This document shows, piece by piece, positions 8,553 to 17,714 of a stretch of DNA of 64,000 nt (positions within the stretch are counted from its first letter, which is position 1; every line of letters starts with the position of its first letter). This stretch comes from an uncultured Chloroflexia bacterium (GTDB lineage Bacteria; Chloroflexota; Limnocylindria; Limnocylindrales; CSP1-4). The notes under the pieces were generated by a model. It saw only the letters and a list, made by a program, of their open reading frames with translations, was not told where the DNA came from and ran no database searches. Both the position numbers and the translations under genes were made by a program. The stretch spans positions 1,375,437 to 1,439,436 of the forward strand of contig CAVRFC010000005.1 of the NCBI GenBank assembly GCA_963720315.1, read 5' to 3'.

Positions 8553-10251
8553 TCAGCCGGTATGAGTTTCTCGAGGCGGTGAAGTATAATGTTCGAGGCG
8601 GTCGCCGCGGGCCGCGCGCGCTGCGGCCGCGGCGTTCGGGCCGATCGACGGGATGAAGGTCGGCGGGACCCGGACCTGCGTCGCCTGCTCGAAGTCATAG
8701 GCCAGGCCGATTAGCGTCGGCTCGTCCCAACGGCCGCCGATGAACGACACACCGACCGGAAGCGGCCCGACGTAGCCGGACGGCACCGTCACGTTGGCGT
8801 AGCCGCTGATCGCGGCCGGGCTGGACGACGAAACGAAGCCTTCGAAACTGTCGCCGTTGACCGGGTCGGTGACCCAGGCCGGGTTGTTCGTCGGCGCGAC
8901 GATGGCGTCGAGGGTGTTCGTCGCCATCACCGAGTCGATGAGCGCCTGGGTGCCGGGGGTCGTGTCGGCACGGGCGGTAATGCAGGCAGGATCGGGCCGG
9001 CCACCGGTCTCCTGGGCGAGGTCGAAGATGGCGCTATTCCAAGGTCCTTCGAGGTCCGGGTTGTCGTTGTTGAAGTCGATCAGGCCCTGGAGCGTCTTCG
9101 GGTAGCCGGCACCCGTGTACGTCTCGAGGTAGGTCGCGATGTCGGTCTTGAACTCGCACAGCAGGGCGGCGAACTCCGCCTCGAAGACGTCGTCGCTCAG
9201 ATCCAGGCTGACGGGATCGACGATCGTGGCCCCGAGGCCCTCGAGCGTCTCGACGGTGTCTTCAAAGATCGCGACGGTTGCCGCATCCGCGGTCGCCGGG
9301 TCGTAGGAGCGCCAGATGCCGATCCGGGCGCCATCGAGCGCGTCGGCGTCGAGGAATTCGGTGTAGTCGGTGAAGGCGTGGCCGGCCTGGGCGGCGGTCG
9401 CCGCGTCGTTCGGATCGATCCCGGTCATCGCCCCGAGGAGCACGGCAGCGTCGGTCACGTTGCGGGCCATCGGACCGGCGGTGTCCTGGTCGGCCGAGAT
9501 GGGGATCACACCCGCGCGGCTGAGGAGCCCGAGGGTCGGCTTGATGCCGACGATCCCGGTTGCCCCCGACGGGCAGACGATCGAGCCGTCGGTCTCGGTG
9601 CCGACGCCGACGGTTGCAAGATCGGCCGAGACGGCGACGCCGGTGCCGGAGCTCGAGCCGCAGGGATTTCGATCCAGCACATGGGCCAAATTTGTTTGGC
9701 CGCCGATCCCGCTCCAGCCGCTCGACGACGGGATCGACCGGAAGTTCGCCCACTCGGAGAGGTTGGCTTTCGCAATGATGATCGCCCCAGCCGCCTTCAA
9801 CCGTTGGACGATGAACGCGTCCGACGGGGTGCTGCCGGCCAGCGCCCACGATCCGCCGGTGTTCGGCATGCCGGTCGTGTTGACGTTGTCCTTGACGATG
9901 ACGGGGATCCCGAGGAGCGGCAGGTTGAGGTCGACGCCGCGGCGCCGCACCCGGTCCGCCCGGCGCGCGTCCGAGAGGGCCGTCGGGCTGACGGTGATGA
10001 CCGCGTTGAGCTCGGGGTTCAGCTTCCTGATCCGCTGGAGATAGAACTGGGTCAGCTGGACCGATGTGAGCTTGTGGGCGTCCATCGCCGCCTGTAGCTC
10101 TGGGATGGTCGCCGCGTCGACGTCGATGCCCCGGACGTTCGTCGGGCATCGGCTTGGCCGCCAGTCCGATCGAGGCCGAGAGGCCCGACACCCCGAGCAG
10201 GAGCGCCATCAGGGTCGCGAGGACCAGGGAACGTCGAACCGGGCTGCTCAT
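8553..10251 (-). CDS. secreted amidase (amidase-signature family); one frame correction near 10140
   Basis: The AS motif is GGSWALAG...CGSSSGTGVAVSA...GTETDGSIVCPS. The signal peptide MSSPVRRSLVLATLMALLLGVSGLSASIG (ATG 10251, GGAGG upstream) is in a different frame. It joins ...NVRGIDVDAATIPELQAAMDAHKL only after a 1-nt shift. Confidence 0.85.
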
Positions 10252-10400
10252 CGCGGTGACCTCCACGGGAGTCAGGTGGGGCGCCGGCGGGGCGTCTGGG
10301 GGTTCACCTCAATGAAACGCCGGGTGTCAAGGGTTTGGTTTTCCGAGCGGGCCGGCTCTTTCGAGCTGACCCGCTCGCCCGTTGTCGGATTATCGCCGGA

Positions 10401-11291
10401 TCAGTTGGCCGGCTCGATCTGGATGGAGTCGAACACCGCCTGGGCGTCCGCCCGCTCCTGCGCAGTCTGACCAGGCACTTCCGGGAGGTCGATCACGAGC
10501 CGCTGACCGTCGACCTCGACGATCCACAGTCGGCTGCGCTGACCGGCAATGAATGGGGAGTTCGTGCCCAAGGGAAGCTGCCAGACGAATGGGCCGTCGG
10601 GCGACAGGGTGCAGCCCTCGAAGCTGGCGGGTGCCGCCAAGGTGAGCTGCTTTCCAGCGTAGCCGTCCACGGTGACGTCAACTGGGGTCGACGCATCGAA
10701 CCCAGGCACATCCATGAGCGCTGTCACCAGGGCATCGACGGATGATTTCGGCAGCACATCCTTGAATCCCTGGTCGAACTGACACGGGTCGACAAGGACC
10801 TTGTCGAAGATCGCGAAGTCCACCCCGTAGGAAGGCGCGTCTCGGCCGGTCGGGTTCGCGAACGCCAGATATGGAGCCCCGACCTTGCCCTCCCAGCCAT
10901 CGGGCGCCGTGAACGTCACCCGGACGAGGAAGGGGTCTTGCGTGATGTAGGAGGCCCCGCCCTCCAGCGGGAGCTCCCGATCCCCAACGGGCAGCCCGCG
11001 TGGGCTCGGCGTGGGGCTCGCGGCCTGGGTGGGCGGCGGTTGTTCGCCGGGACCGGGCTGTCCAGGACCGAAGTTGACCCAGGCGAGCCCAACCGCCACG
11101 ACGACGGCGGCCGCGATCGCCACACGGGCGAGGACGTTCATGTTTGGTTTCCTCCACGGGCCGATGACGACCCGTTGACGTGTCTGGTGGATGTCGCGAC
11201 GAACCGCATCGAATGCTCGATCCGGTAGGTCCGTCTGGCCTTCGTCGAGGAAGGCCCGGATCAGGACGTCGGGATCGCGCGGCGCGGTCAT
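10401..11291 (-). CDS. anti-sigma factor with single TM and extracytoplasmic C-terminal domain
   Basis: The ATG at 11291 overlaps the sigma stop (ATGA). It reads MTAPRDPDVLIRAFLDEGQTDLPDRAFDAVRRDI, then the TM VLARVAIAAAVVVAVGLAW, a Pro-rich linker and a ~200-aa domain. The track ORF 10401-11885 artificially fuses it to the sigma gene. Confidence 0.7.
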   Translation of the reverse strand: MTAPRDPDVLIRAFLDEGQTDLPDRAFDAVRRDIHQTRQRVVIGPWRKPNMNVLARVAIAAAVVVAVGLAWVNFGPGQPGPGEQPPPTQAASPTPSPRGLPVGDRELPLEGGASYITQDPFLVRVTFTAPDGWEGKVGAPYLAFANPTGRDAPSYGVDFAIFDKVLVDPCQFDQGFKDVLPKSSVDALVTALMDVPGFDASTPVDVTVDGYAGKQLTLAAPASFEGCTLSPDGPFVWQLPLGTNSPFIAGQRSRLWIVEVDGQRLVIDLPEVPGQTAQERADAQAVFDSIQIEPAN

Positions 11292-11885
11292 GCGAGTCGC
11301 TCCTGTGAATTCGAGGGTGTCCTGGCGTCGGCGTCGACGCTCGCTCTGAGGGCCGCCGTCGCGTGGTGCAGGCGGGACTTTGCCGTCCCGCGTGGAATGC
11401 CGAGACGATCCGCTACTTCGGGCAATGCGCAGACCGAGGTAGTGGTGGAAGACTAGGACGGCCCGTTGCTCGAGCGTCAGCCTCCGGAAGGCCCGCTCGA
11501 GTTGGTCGCGATCGTTGACGGTCAGGATCCCGACCGCTTCGGTCGCTCCCTCAACAGGCAGGAGCCGGATGTTGGCCGACCACCGATTGCGACGCCTGGC
11601 CTCGGCGTAGCACTCGTTGGTCAGGATCCGGTGGAGCCAGGGCTCGAAGCGATCGGGATCGCGAAGCGTTCGCAGCTCGCGCCAGGCCGTGATGAGCGCG
11701 GCTTGCACCGCGTCCTCGGCCCGGTCGGCGTCGCGCAGGATCCGGCACGCGATCGCCATGCATCGATCGCCGACCAGACGGGCGAGGGCGTCGAAGGCCT
11801 CCTCGTCGCCCCGCTTCGCCTGGTCCACGAGTTCTCGATGCACCCATTCCTCCTTGCCCTCGACGCGTCCGGTTGGACGTGTCAT
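11288..11885 (-). CDS. ECF sigma-70 factor (one frame correction near 11430; likely true start GTG 11843)
   Basis: Region 2 is ELVDQAKRGDEEAFDALARLVGDRCMAIACRIL...DAVQAALITAWRELRTLRDPDRFEPWLHRILTNECY. The region 4 HTH ALPEVADRLGIPRGTAKSRLHHATAALRAS is readable only after a 1-nt shift. AAGGAGGA lies 4 nt upstream of the GTG at 11843. Confidence 0.8.
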
Positions 11886-12061
11886 GAGGGAGAGGGTCCG
11901 GTCCGCGCCAAAGGTTCAATCTCGGCGCGGGCACCCTTGGGAGGTATACCAGCCCACCGAGGCGGCTCAGGGTCGCGGCACGACGCTCCGGAGACGCCGC
12001 TCTGTTCTCATGGCGCACCACGTACGCCTTCGGGCTATCGAGACACGGCGAGCACTGACGC

Positions 12062-12490
12062 ATGGAAGCCTTAGCGACAACAGCGACAACACATCAATCC
12101 AGGCCAGGCCGCATCGAGCGTACGATCGTCTGGCTCCGCGACCAGATCGTCGCGAAGGTGATCGTTGGCGTCGCGGTGGCAGCCGCGCTGGTCTTCCTGG
12201 GCCTGAGCGCCACAACTGAGACCGACCGCATCCAGGTCGCCAACGTCTACAACCTGCCACGTGATCGGGGGCTCGATTACATTGCCGATCAGGGCTTCAC
12301 GAACGTCCGGGTAATCGGCGTGTGCTCGAATTCCGTCGCGGCGGGCCGGATCCGGGAAGTGCTGCTGGACGATGGCGCCTCCGTTGCCGATGAGACGGTG
12401 TTTGTGGGTCCGCAGGGCTCGAAACCGGTCCAGGTTCTCGTCTCGACGAAGCTCCTCGTCAAAGTCTCGAACGGTAAGGCCTGTCCGTAG
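12062..12490 (+). CDS. membrane-anchored protein with a PASTA-like C-terminal domain (tentative)
   Basis: It has one TM (VIVGVAVAAALVFLGL). This is followed by VANVYNLPRDRGLDYIADQGFTNVRVIGV...LLVKVSNG, which resembles a PASTA repeat. GC3 is high. Confidence 0.5.
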   Translation: MEALATTATTHQSRPGRIERTIVWLRDQIVAKVIVGVAVAAALVFLGLSATTETDRIQVANVYNLPRDRGLDYIADQGFTNVRVIGVCSNSVAAGRIREVLLDDGASVADETVFVGPQGSKPVQVLVSTKLLVKVSNGKACP

Positions 12491-12586
12491 CAGGGCCCGA
12501 CGGGGCGCCGAGTTTGCGAGCCCGATTCGATGCTCTGGGGCCTGTCCGGTGTGTGTCCGCGCCGCCGCGTGGCATACGGTCGCCCG

Positions 12587-13081
12587 ATGAATACGCATGA
12601 AGTCGCCCCTCGCCTCGCGACCAACGACCGAAACGGGATCCGGCGCGAGGGCCGGACCGTGACCCATCGATTCGGCGCCGCGGCCGGGGCCGTCGGCGTC
12701 GCCCTCGCGATCGCCCTCGCCGCATGCTCGCCAAGCGCGTCCGGGGTCCCGGCCGGTTCCCTCGCCGTGCCGAGTGTCGACGTCTCAGCCGGCGCCAGCC
12801 TGGCGACAGGGGCGGCGATCGCAGCCCTCGACCAGATCGATGCCGCCATCGCCGCGAACGAGGGCTCCGGCGCCCTGAATGCCGACGACGTGAAGGCCGT
12901 TCAGGACCTCACGGCCGGGATCCGGACGGCGCTTACGTCCGGCGACACGACCGCGGCGCGCACGGCCGTCGATAATCTCAGCACCAAGGCGAACGAGCTC
13001 GCCACCAAGCTCGACACGCCGGCTGGCCAGCAACTCGAGGCCGCAATCGAGGCGCTCAAGGCCGCCCTGCCCGCAAGCTGA
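12587..13081 (+). CDS. lipoprotein, alanine-rich helical
   Basis: The lipobox is GVALAIALAAC-S. The mature part is Ala/Asp-rich. A GTG at 12659 is an alternative start that would give a more typical signal length. Confidence 0.6.
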   Translation: MNTHEVAPRLATNDRNGIRREGRTVTHRFGAAAGAVGVALAIALAACSPSASGVPAGSLAVPSVDVSAGASLATGAAIAALDQIDAAIAANEGSGALNADDVKAVQDLTAGIRTALTSGDTTAARTAVDNLSTKANELATKLDTPAGQQLEAAIEALKAALPAS

Positions 13082-13097
13082 ACCCCGCGCGCGGGTC

Positions 13098-13496
13098 TCA
13101 GGCAGATGGAGTCCATTCCGGGCATCCCTCGACCGGAATCGCCTCCTCCGCGCCGGGCCAGTTAGGCATCGTCATCCCAATCGCCGCGAGCGGTTCGAAC
13201 CCGAGGGCGCGGAACTGGAAGTGGGTCCCCAACGGGATCGAGATGCAGGTCCCGGCGTCCAGATCCACGATCTCCGACCGGTCATCCTGCTTGCGCCACA
13301 TCTGACCGCGCCCTCCGACGATGTACCAGATCTCCTCGACCGTCCGGTGTCGGGTGGCCTTCGAAGTCAGGCCGGGACCAAGCTCGAAGTGGGCCATGCC
13401 GCCCGCCGTCCCGAGGAGGAGGACCCGAACGTCCGAGCCATCCGGGGCTTGTTCGGTCGGCGTTGCTGGCAAGCGCATCGTCGCGAAGTCGACCAT
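13098..13496 (-). CDS. cupin-domain protein
   Basis: The cupin core is GGMAHFELGPG...HRTVEEIWYIVGGRGQMW...GTCISIPLGTHFQF. Its start overlaps the stop of the upstream oxidoreductase (TGATG). Confidence 0.8.
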   Translation of the reverse strand: MVDFATMRLPATPTEQAPDGSDVRVLLLGTAGGMAHFELGPGLTSKATRHRTVEEIWYIVGGRGQMWRKQDDRSEIVDLDAGTCISIPLGTHFQFRALGFEPLAAIGMTMPNWPGAEEAIPVEGCPEWTPSA

Positions 13497-16105
13497 CAGC
13501 TACCTCCGTTCGGCGGCGTGTCGGGCAGGAGCGGCATGGCTCGGAGACGGCGTCCGGAGGCCGCGAAGATCGCGTTTGCGATCGCGGGCGCCACGGCGAT
13601 GAGCGGCACTTCGCCCCCGCCGACCGACGGAAGCTCGGGACGGTCGATCAGCACGACATCGATCACCGGGGTGTCCCGGAACCGCGGCACGCGGTACGAG
13701 GAGAGGGAGTCGTTCGTGATCCTGCCGTTCTCGAAGTGGACTGCTTCGAACAACGCGGGTCCAAGGGCCATGACGGCAGCGCCCTCGACCTGGTTCGACA
13801 GATTGTCGGGGTTGACGATCGCACCGCAGTCGAAGGCGGTCACGAGCCGGACGACGTCGACCCGGCCGTCGGGCCGAACCTGGACCTCGGCGCAAGTCGC
13901 GACCCGGGCGTCCTTCTCCACCGCTCCCGCGATGCCCAGCCCGTGGCCCGTGTCCTTGATGCGGCCCCAACCTGCCCGCTCCGATGCAGCCTTGAGCGCC
14001 GCCGCGAGGCGGTCGTCGTCGACGTTGGCAAGACGAAACGCCAGCGGATCGGCGCCCAGCCCGTGCGCCAGCTCATCGATCGCCGACTCCCGGGCGAAGA
14101 CGTTCGCCGTCGCGGCGAGGGCACGATAGGAGCTTTGCGGCAGCGGGCCATCGGCTGGTTGATAGCGCAGCCGTTGGTTGGCGATCCGATAGGGAGGAGT
14201 AATCGCGCTCGGACCGGCGTTGAGCGTCCGGAATTCCCAGCTCGTGACCGTGAGGTCAGGGGCGGCAGCGGCCCGCACATCGATGACCGCGGCGGGCCGG
14301 GCGTGGCCCAACGCGAACTCCTCCGCGTGTCGCCAGCGAACCTTGACGGGGCTCCCGACTGCGCGGGCGAGTCGCGCCGCGGCGATTCCGGCCCCCGCCC
14401 CGTGCTTGCCGCCGAACCCGCCGCCCGTCGGTGGCACAACGACGCGGATGCGATCCTCGCTCACGGCGAGCGCCTCGGCGAGCTCCTCCCGGGCCCAGAA
14501 CGGCGCCTGCGTCGCGGTCCAAACAGTCACCCGATCGCCGGCCCATTCCGCGACCGCTGCCCGTGACTCGAGGGGGACATGAGCGACGAACGCCACGGTG
14601 TAGGTCGCCGTGACCTGTGTCTCGGCTTGCGCGAGCGCGGCGTCGACGTCGCCGGAGTCGTGCTCGAAGTTGCCGTCCCAGCCCTCGGCATCGACGGGAT
14701 GCGCGCGGAGGTGGCCTTCCAGGTCGGTCTCGGACGGGCCGGGCGGGACGTCCCAATCGGCCCGGATTGCGGCCATAGCCAGGTCAACCGAACCGACATC
14801 TGGCCCGGTGACGCCGACGAAGTCGCCGTCGTGCACGACGGTCACGCCCGGCAGCTCGCGCGCTCGGGACACGTCGACCGATCGCAGGGTGGCCCCCGCG
14901 ACCGGTGCTGCCAGTGCCCTGCCGTGGAGCATCCCCGGTCGGGAGATGTCGGTGACGAATGGTCGCCGGCCAGTCACGGCAGCGAGGCCGGCGACCGACG
15001 CAGCTGGCCTGCCGCTGATGGCCCGGCCCGCCGCGGCTGGCGGGCGGTCGGGTCGCCCTCGGACTTCCTCGATGCGTCGCAGGCCGGTCAATAGCTCGCC
15101 GTAGCGGATCGCCCGAGCGCCATCTCGGGATCTGATGGCGCCCTCGCCCTGGACCAGGTCGGCCGGACTCACCTCGAGCCGGTCGGCCGCCAATTCGACC
15201 AGCGTCTCGAGGGCGGTCCAGCCAGCCGCCTGCAACATGGCCCCGGCATCGGGTGTTGAGCGGCTGCCGAAGGTGCCTTCGTCGTAGGGACACACGTCGG
15301 TGTCGGCCAGGACCATCCGGACGGACTCGAGCCGGACCCCGACGGCATCCGCGACGATCATCGCGAGCGCGGTCGTGTTGTCCTGGCCCATCTCCATCTT
15401 GCCGGTGAACGCCGTCACGACGCCGTCCCCGCCGACGTGCAGCCAGACGCCTCCGGTCGTCGTCCATGCGCCTGCCCACGAGGGTTCACCTTCGGGGGGT
15501 GGCAGGACGACGACGAGCCCGTCGCCGAGCGCTTCGAAGTAGTCGCGTTCCTCCGGCGATCGCAGGTGCCAGGGCGCCTTTCGGGCATCGATCAAGAGAG
15601 GCGGAACGGCTGCGTTCGGACTTGGCCCTGCTACCACGGGACTGGCTGGATCCGCGGCACGACGGACCGCCCGCAGGATTCGCGGGTACGTGCAGCAGCG
15701 GCAGACGTTGCCGTCGAGGGCGCCGACGATCGCATCGTCGGTTGGCCGCGGCTCTCGCTCGAGGAGGGCAACGGTCGCGAGCACCATGCCCGGCGTGCAA
15801 TACCCGCATTGGAACGCACCCTCGGCGAGGAACGCCTGCTGGACCGGGTGGAGCTCTCCACCGGCGTCGAGGCCTTCGATCGTGGTCACGGATCGGCCGG
15901 CTACAGCCTCCAGCGGGGTGATGCACGATCGGATCGCGACGCCGTCGACCAGCACCGTGCAGGCGCCACAGACGCCTTCGCCGCAGGCCGGCTTCGCGCC
16001 CGTCAGACCCAGTTCGTCACGGAGCACGAAGAGCAAGGACCGCGAGACGTCGCCCGAGAGGCTGAGCGGCTCCCCGTTCACGGTTGCTGGGCGAGCGTTC
16101 TTCAT
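13496..16105 (-). CDS. fused [2Fe-2S] + molybdopterin-binding oxidoreductase (xanthine dehydrogenase/aldehyde oxidase family, IorA-IorB-like fusion)
   Basis: The N-terminus carries both 2Fe-2S motifs (CGEGVCGACTV; CGYCTPG...CRCCTY). The rest carries Mo-cofactor large-subunit motifs (GGGFGGK, MGQDNTTALAMIVAD, GGGEVP). It is an uninterrupted 869-aa ORF. Confidence 0.9.
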   Translation of the reverse strand: MKNARPATVNGEPLSLSGDVSRSLLFVLRDELGLTGAKPACGEGVCGACTVLVDGVAIRSCITPLEAVAGRSVTTIEGLDAGGELHPVQQAFLAEGAFQCGYCTPGMVLATVALLEREPRPTDDAIVGALDGNVCRCCTYPRILRAVRRAADPASPVVAGPSPNAAVPPLLIDARKAPWHLRSPEERDYFEALGDGLVVVLPPPEGEPSWAGAWTTTGGVWLHVGGDGVVTAFTGKMEMGQDNTTALAMIVADAVGVRLESVRMVLADTDVCPYDEGTFGSRSTPDAGAMLQAAGWTALETLVELAADRLEVSPADLVQGEGAIRSRDGARAIRYGELLTGLRRIEEVRGRPDRPPAAAGRAISGRPAASVAGLAAVTGRRPFVTDISRPGMLHGRALAAPVAGATLRSVDVSRARELPGVTVVHDGDFVGVTGPDVGSVDLAMAAIRADWDVPPGPSETDLEGHLRAHPVDAEGWDGNFEHDSGDVDAALAQAETQVTATYTVAFVAHVPLESRAAVAEWAGDRVTVWTATQAPFWAREELAEALAVSEDRIRVVVPPTGGGFGGKHGAGAGIAAARLARAVGSPVKVRWRHAEEFALGHARPAAVIDVRAAAAPDLTVTSWEFRTLNAGPSAITPPYRIANQRLRYQPADGPLPQSSYRALAATANVFARESAIDELAHGLGADPLAFRLANVDDDRLAAALKAASERAGWGRIKDTGHGLGIAGAVEKDARVATCAEVQVRPDGRVDVVRLVTAFDCGAIVNPDNLSNQVEGAAVMALGPALFEAVHFENGRITNDSLSSYRVPRFRDTPVIDVVLIDRPELPSVGGGEVPLIAVAPAIANAIFAASGRRLRAMPLLPDTPPNGGS

Positions 16106-16189
16106 TTCTGCGTGAGCGTAACGCTCCGGGTCACCGACGGGTCAGCGCGAAACGGCGAGGCCAGGCGCGATGGATGGCCTGACGGAGAT

Positions 16190-16240
16190 ATGCATTACTA
16201 TGACTGTCTCGATGCATTGACGCGAGACACTTTCATGCAT
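16190..16240. promoter_or_regulatory. AT-rich control region with three ATGCAT palindromes spaced 22-23 bp plus GTCTCG-N11-CGAGAC
   Basis: ATGCAT occurs at 16190, 16212 and 16235, about two helical turns apart. The region lies directly upstream of the vapB start (16252) and is divergent from the oxidoreductase gene. Confidence 0.35.
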
Positions 16241-16251
16241 ATCATCGACCG

Positions 16252-16488
16252 ATGCGGAAGCATACGACGATCGACCTCGATACCGAGCTCGTCCAGCAGG
16301 CGGCGGATGCGCTCGGGACGACGCGGACGACTGACACAATTCACGAAGCCCTCCGAGATGTCGTGCGGCGCCGACAGCGCTTGACCATCGTCGACTTTCG
16401 GCCGGCGCTTGACCTGGCTGATCTCGACGCAATGCGATCGCATCGCTTTGCGGAGCCTGGGGCGGCCTACGAGTCGGAACCGGATTGA
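16252..16488 (+). CDS. vapB: type II antitoxin VapB (DUF2191/Arc-MetJ-like)
   Basis: MRKHTTIDLDTELVQQAADALGTTRTTDTIHEALRDVV is the typical N-terminus of this antitoxin family. It overlaps the PIN toxin start by 4 nt. Confidence 0.8.
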   Translation: MRKHTTIDLDTELVQQAADALGTTRTTDTIHEALRDVVRRRQRLTIVDFRPALDLADLDAMRSHRFAEPGAAYESEPD

Positions 16489-16901
16489 TCGAACTCTTCG
16501 ACACCAGCGCCCTGATCCTCGCCGCCCGTGTCCCGGTCATCGGCGACATCCTTGCCGATGCGGTCGTGGCCGATGAGCTGGCCTTGAGCGAACCAATCCT
16601 GCTTGAGTACCTGAACGGGGCGCGAAACGCGGCGGAGTACGAGCAATTCGATCGGGGCCTGCGAGCCGCACGACTGCTCCGCACCACGCCGGATGACTGG
16701 GACCGTGCCCTCGAGGTCCATCGGTCGCTAGCCAAGGCCGGGCCGGGCCACCAGCGAAGCGTTCGGTTGCCGGACCTGATCATCGCGGCGGTGGGGGAGC
16801 GCCATGGCTTGCTGATCGTCCACTACGACGCGGACTACGAACGGATCGCCGCCGTGACCAGCCAGCCGACTCGCTGGATCGCGCCGCGCGGCTCCGTCTG
16901 A
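16485..16901 (+). CDS. vapC: PIN-domain toxin VapC (TTG start)
   Basis: (M)IELFDTSALILAAR...EPILLEYLNG...LPDLIIAAVGERHGLLIVHYDADYERI carries the conserved PIN acidic residues. Confidence 0.9.
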   Translation: MIELFDTSALILAARVPVIGDILADAVVADELALSEPILLEYLNGARNAAEYEQFDRGLRAARLLRTTPDDWDRALEVHRSLAKAGPGHQRSVRLPDLIIAAVGERHGLLIVHYDADYERIAAVTSQPTRWIAPRGSV

Positions 16902-16909
16902 CCGGTCCG

Positions 16910-16936
16910 GTACGTCCGGTACGTCCGGTACGTCCG
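16910..16936. repeat. perfect 9-bp tandem repeat GGTACGTCC x3
   Basis: The repeat is read directly. It lies in the spacer between the vapC stop and the next TA module, with partial units on both flanks (16903-16939). Confidence 0.9.
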
Positions 16937-17125
16937 GGTCGCCGTTTCGAGACGCCTCCGCAACCTTCTCGTTGAACGGGAAGTAACACGGAGTTGTCGC
17001 GGCGCGGGGAGACCCGCGCCGCGACCCCTTGGCCGGGCGGCGCCGGGGAACACGTAGACCGCGCCGACGGCGTCCCCTCTGAGCCACTCCGCTGCAGCAA
17101 GCAAGTAAGCTGGTATGCTGGGCCG

Positions 17126-17384
17126 ATGAAGGTCACGATCGACATCGACCCCGACCTGTACCGAGCGGTGAAGGTCGAGGCCGCCAGGGGGGACCGCAGC
17201 GTCCGGGCGATCGTGGACGAAGCCCTGGCGGCCTGGTTGGAGTCGGCCGAAACCGAAGAGGATCGCGCGTCTGCCGAGGCCGCCCTCGTCGAGTACCGCC
17301 GTGACGGCGGGGAAGCCGCCGGATTCGTTCTTCGGGTCGTTGGCCGCCGAGACCCAGGCGACCTACGGTCCGGACGAGGCGTGA
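17126..17384 (+). CDS. ribbon-helix-helix antitoxin (RelB/ParD-like); one frame correction near 17320
   Basis: The N-terminus is MKVTIDIDPDLYRAVKVEAARGDRSVRAIVDEALAAWLES. The tail DSFFGSLAAETQATYGPDEA* is in a shifted frame. Its stop overlaps the toxin GTG (GTGA). Confidence 0.65.
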
Positions 17385-17657
17385 GCGAGGGCGACCGCCG
17401 AGTCGAGCTCGCGCCCGCCGCCCAACGTCAACTTCGACGCCTTCCGCCCGGCGATGCCGCCCGGCTGCGCGGCCCGATTCTGGCGCTCGCGATGGAACCG
17501 CGACCGCCAGGCACCGTGAAGCTCGCCGGGACCGAGTTCTGGCGGTTGCGCGTCGGGGACCTCCGGGTGATCTACGTGGTCGATGACGCAGCCGGGCTTG
17601 GTGATCGTCCTCAGGGTCGCGCGACGTTCGGAGAGCACCTACCGACGGACGTATTGA
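17381..17657 (+). CDS. RelE/ParE-family toxin; one frame correction near 17600
   Basis: It reads RVELAPAAQRQLRRLPPGDAARLRGPILALAMEPRPPGTVKLAGTEFWRLRVGDLRVIYVVDDAAGL. After a 1-nt shift it continues VIVLRVARRSESTYRRTY*. The track ORF 16994-17665 fuses antitoxin and toxin. Confidence 0.75.
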
Positions 17658-17714
17658 CGGCCTGACTCGCTACGTCGCACACTGCCGCGGGGTTGCAGCC
17701 AGAGCAGCCAGAGG

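Noticed and set aside
9684-9701. The palindrome GGCCAAATTTGTTTGGCC, which resembles the MITE termini.
   Set aside because: It sits within the amidase ORF (it encodes GGQTNLAH) and has no matching interior or second terminus. It is probably a chance similarity.
10401-11885. A 494-aa ORF that looks like a sigma/anti-sigma fusion protein.
   Set aside because: The sigma region-4 HTH is readable only in a shifted frame that ends in a TGA overlapping the anti-sigma ATG (ATGA at 11288-11291). The apparent fusion arises because the sigma N-terminus and the anti-sigma happen to share a frame.
11903-11930. The hairpin CCGCGCC-N14-GGCGCGG, with a GGTTCAAT loop, just upstream of the second ECF sigma gene, considered as a tRNA fragment or att site.
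   Set aside because: It is only a single stem-loop with no flanking tRNA structure and no integrase. It is more plausibly a 5'-UTR or operator hairpin, and I cannot support a specific call.
13192-13202. A GGTTCGAACCC T-loop-like motif as a possible tRNA.
   Set aside because: It lies inside the cupin coding sequence (it encodes …FEPLAAIG… on the minus strand). No acceptor, D or anticodon arms can be drawn around it.
16903-16939. The 9-bp and 18-bp tandem repeats (16910-16936 and 48816-48851) as a CRISPR-like or minisatellite array. The same applies to the DVP-repeat ORF 16728-17087 that reads through the first.
   Set aside because: There are only 2-3 contiguous units, with no spacers and no cas genes. 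The ORF through the 9-mer repeat is antisense to vapC and Arg/Pro-rich.
16994-17665. A 223-aa ORF that appears to fuse antitoxin and toxin.
   Set aside because: The native antitoxin C-terminus (…TQATYGPDEA*) and toxin C-terminus (…VIVLRVARRSESTYRRTY*) are visible in shifted frames. Two separate genes with a GTGA overlap explain the sequence better.
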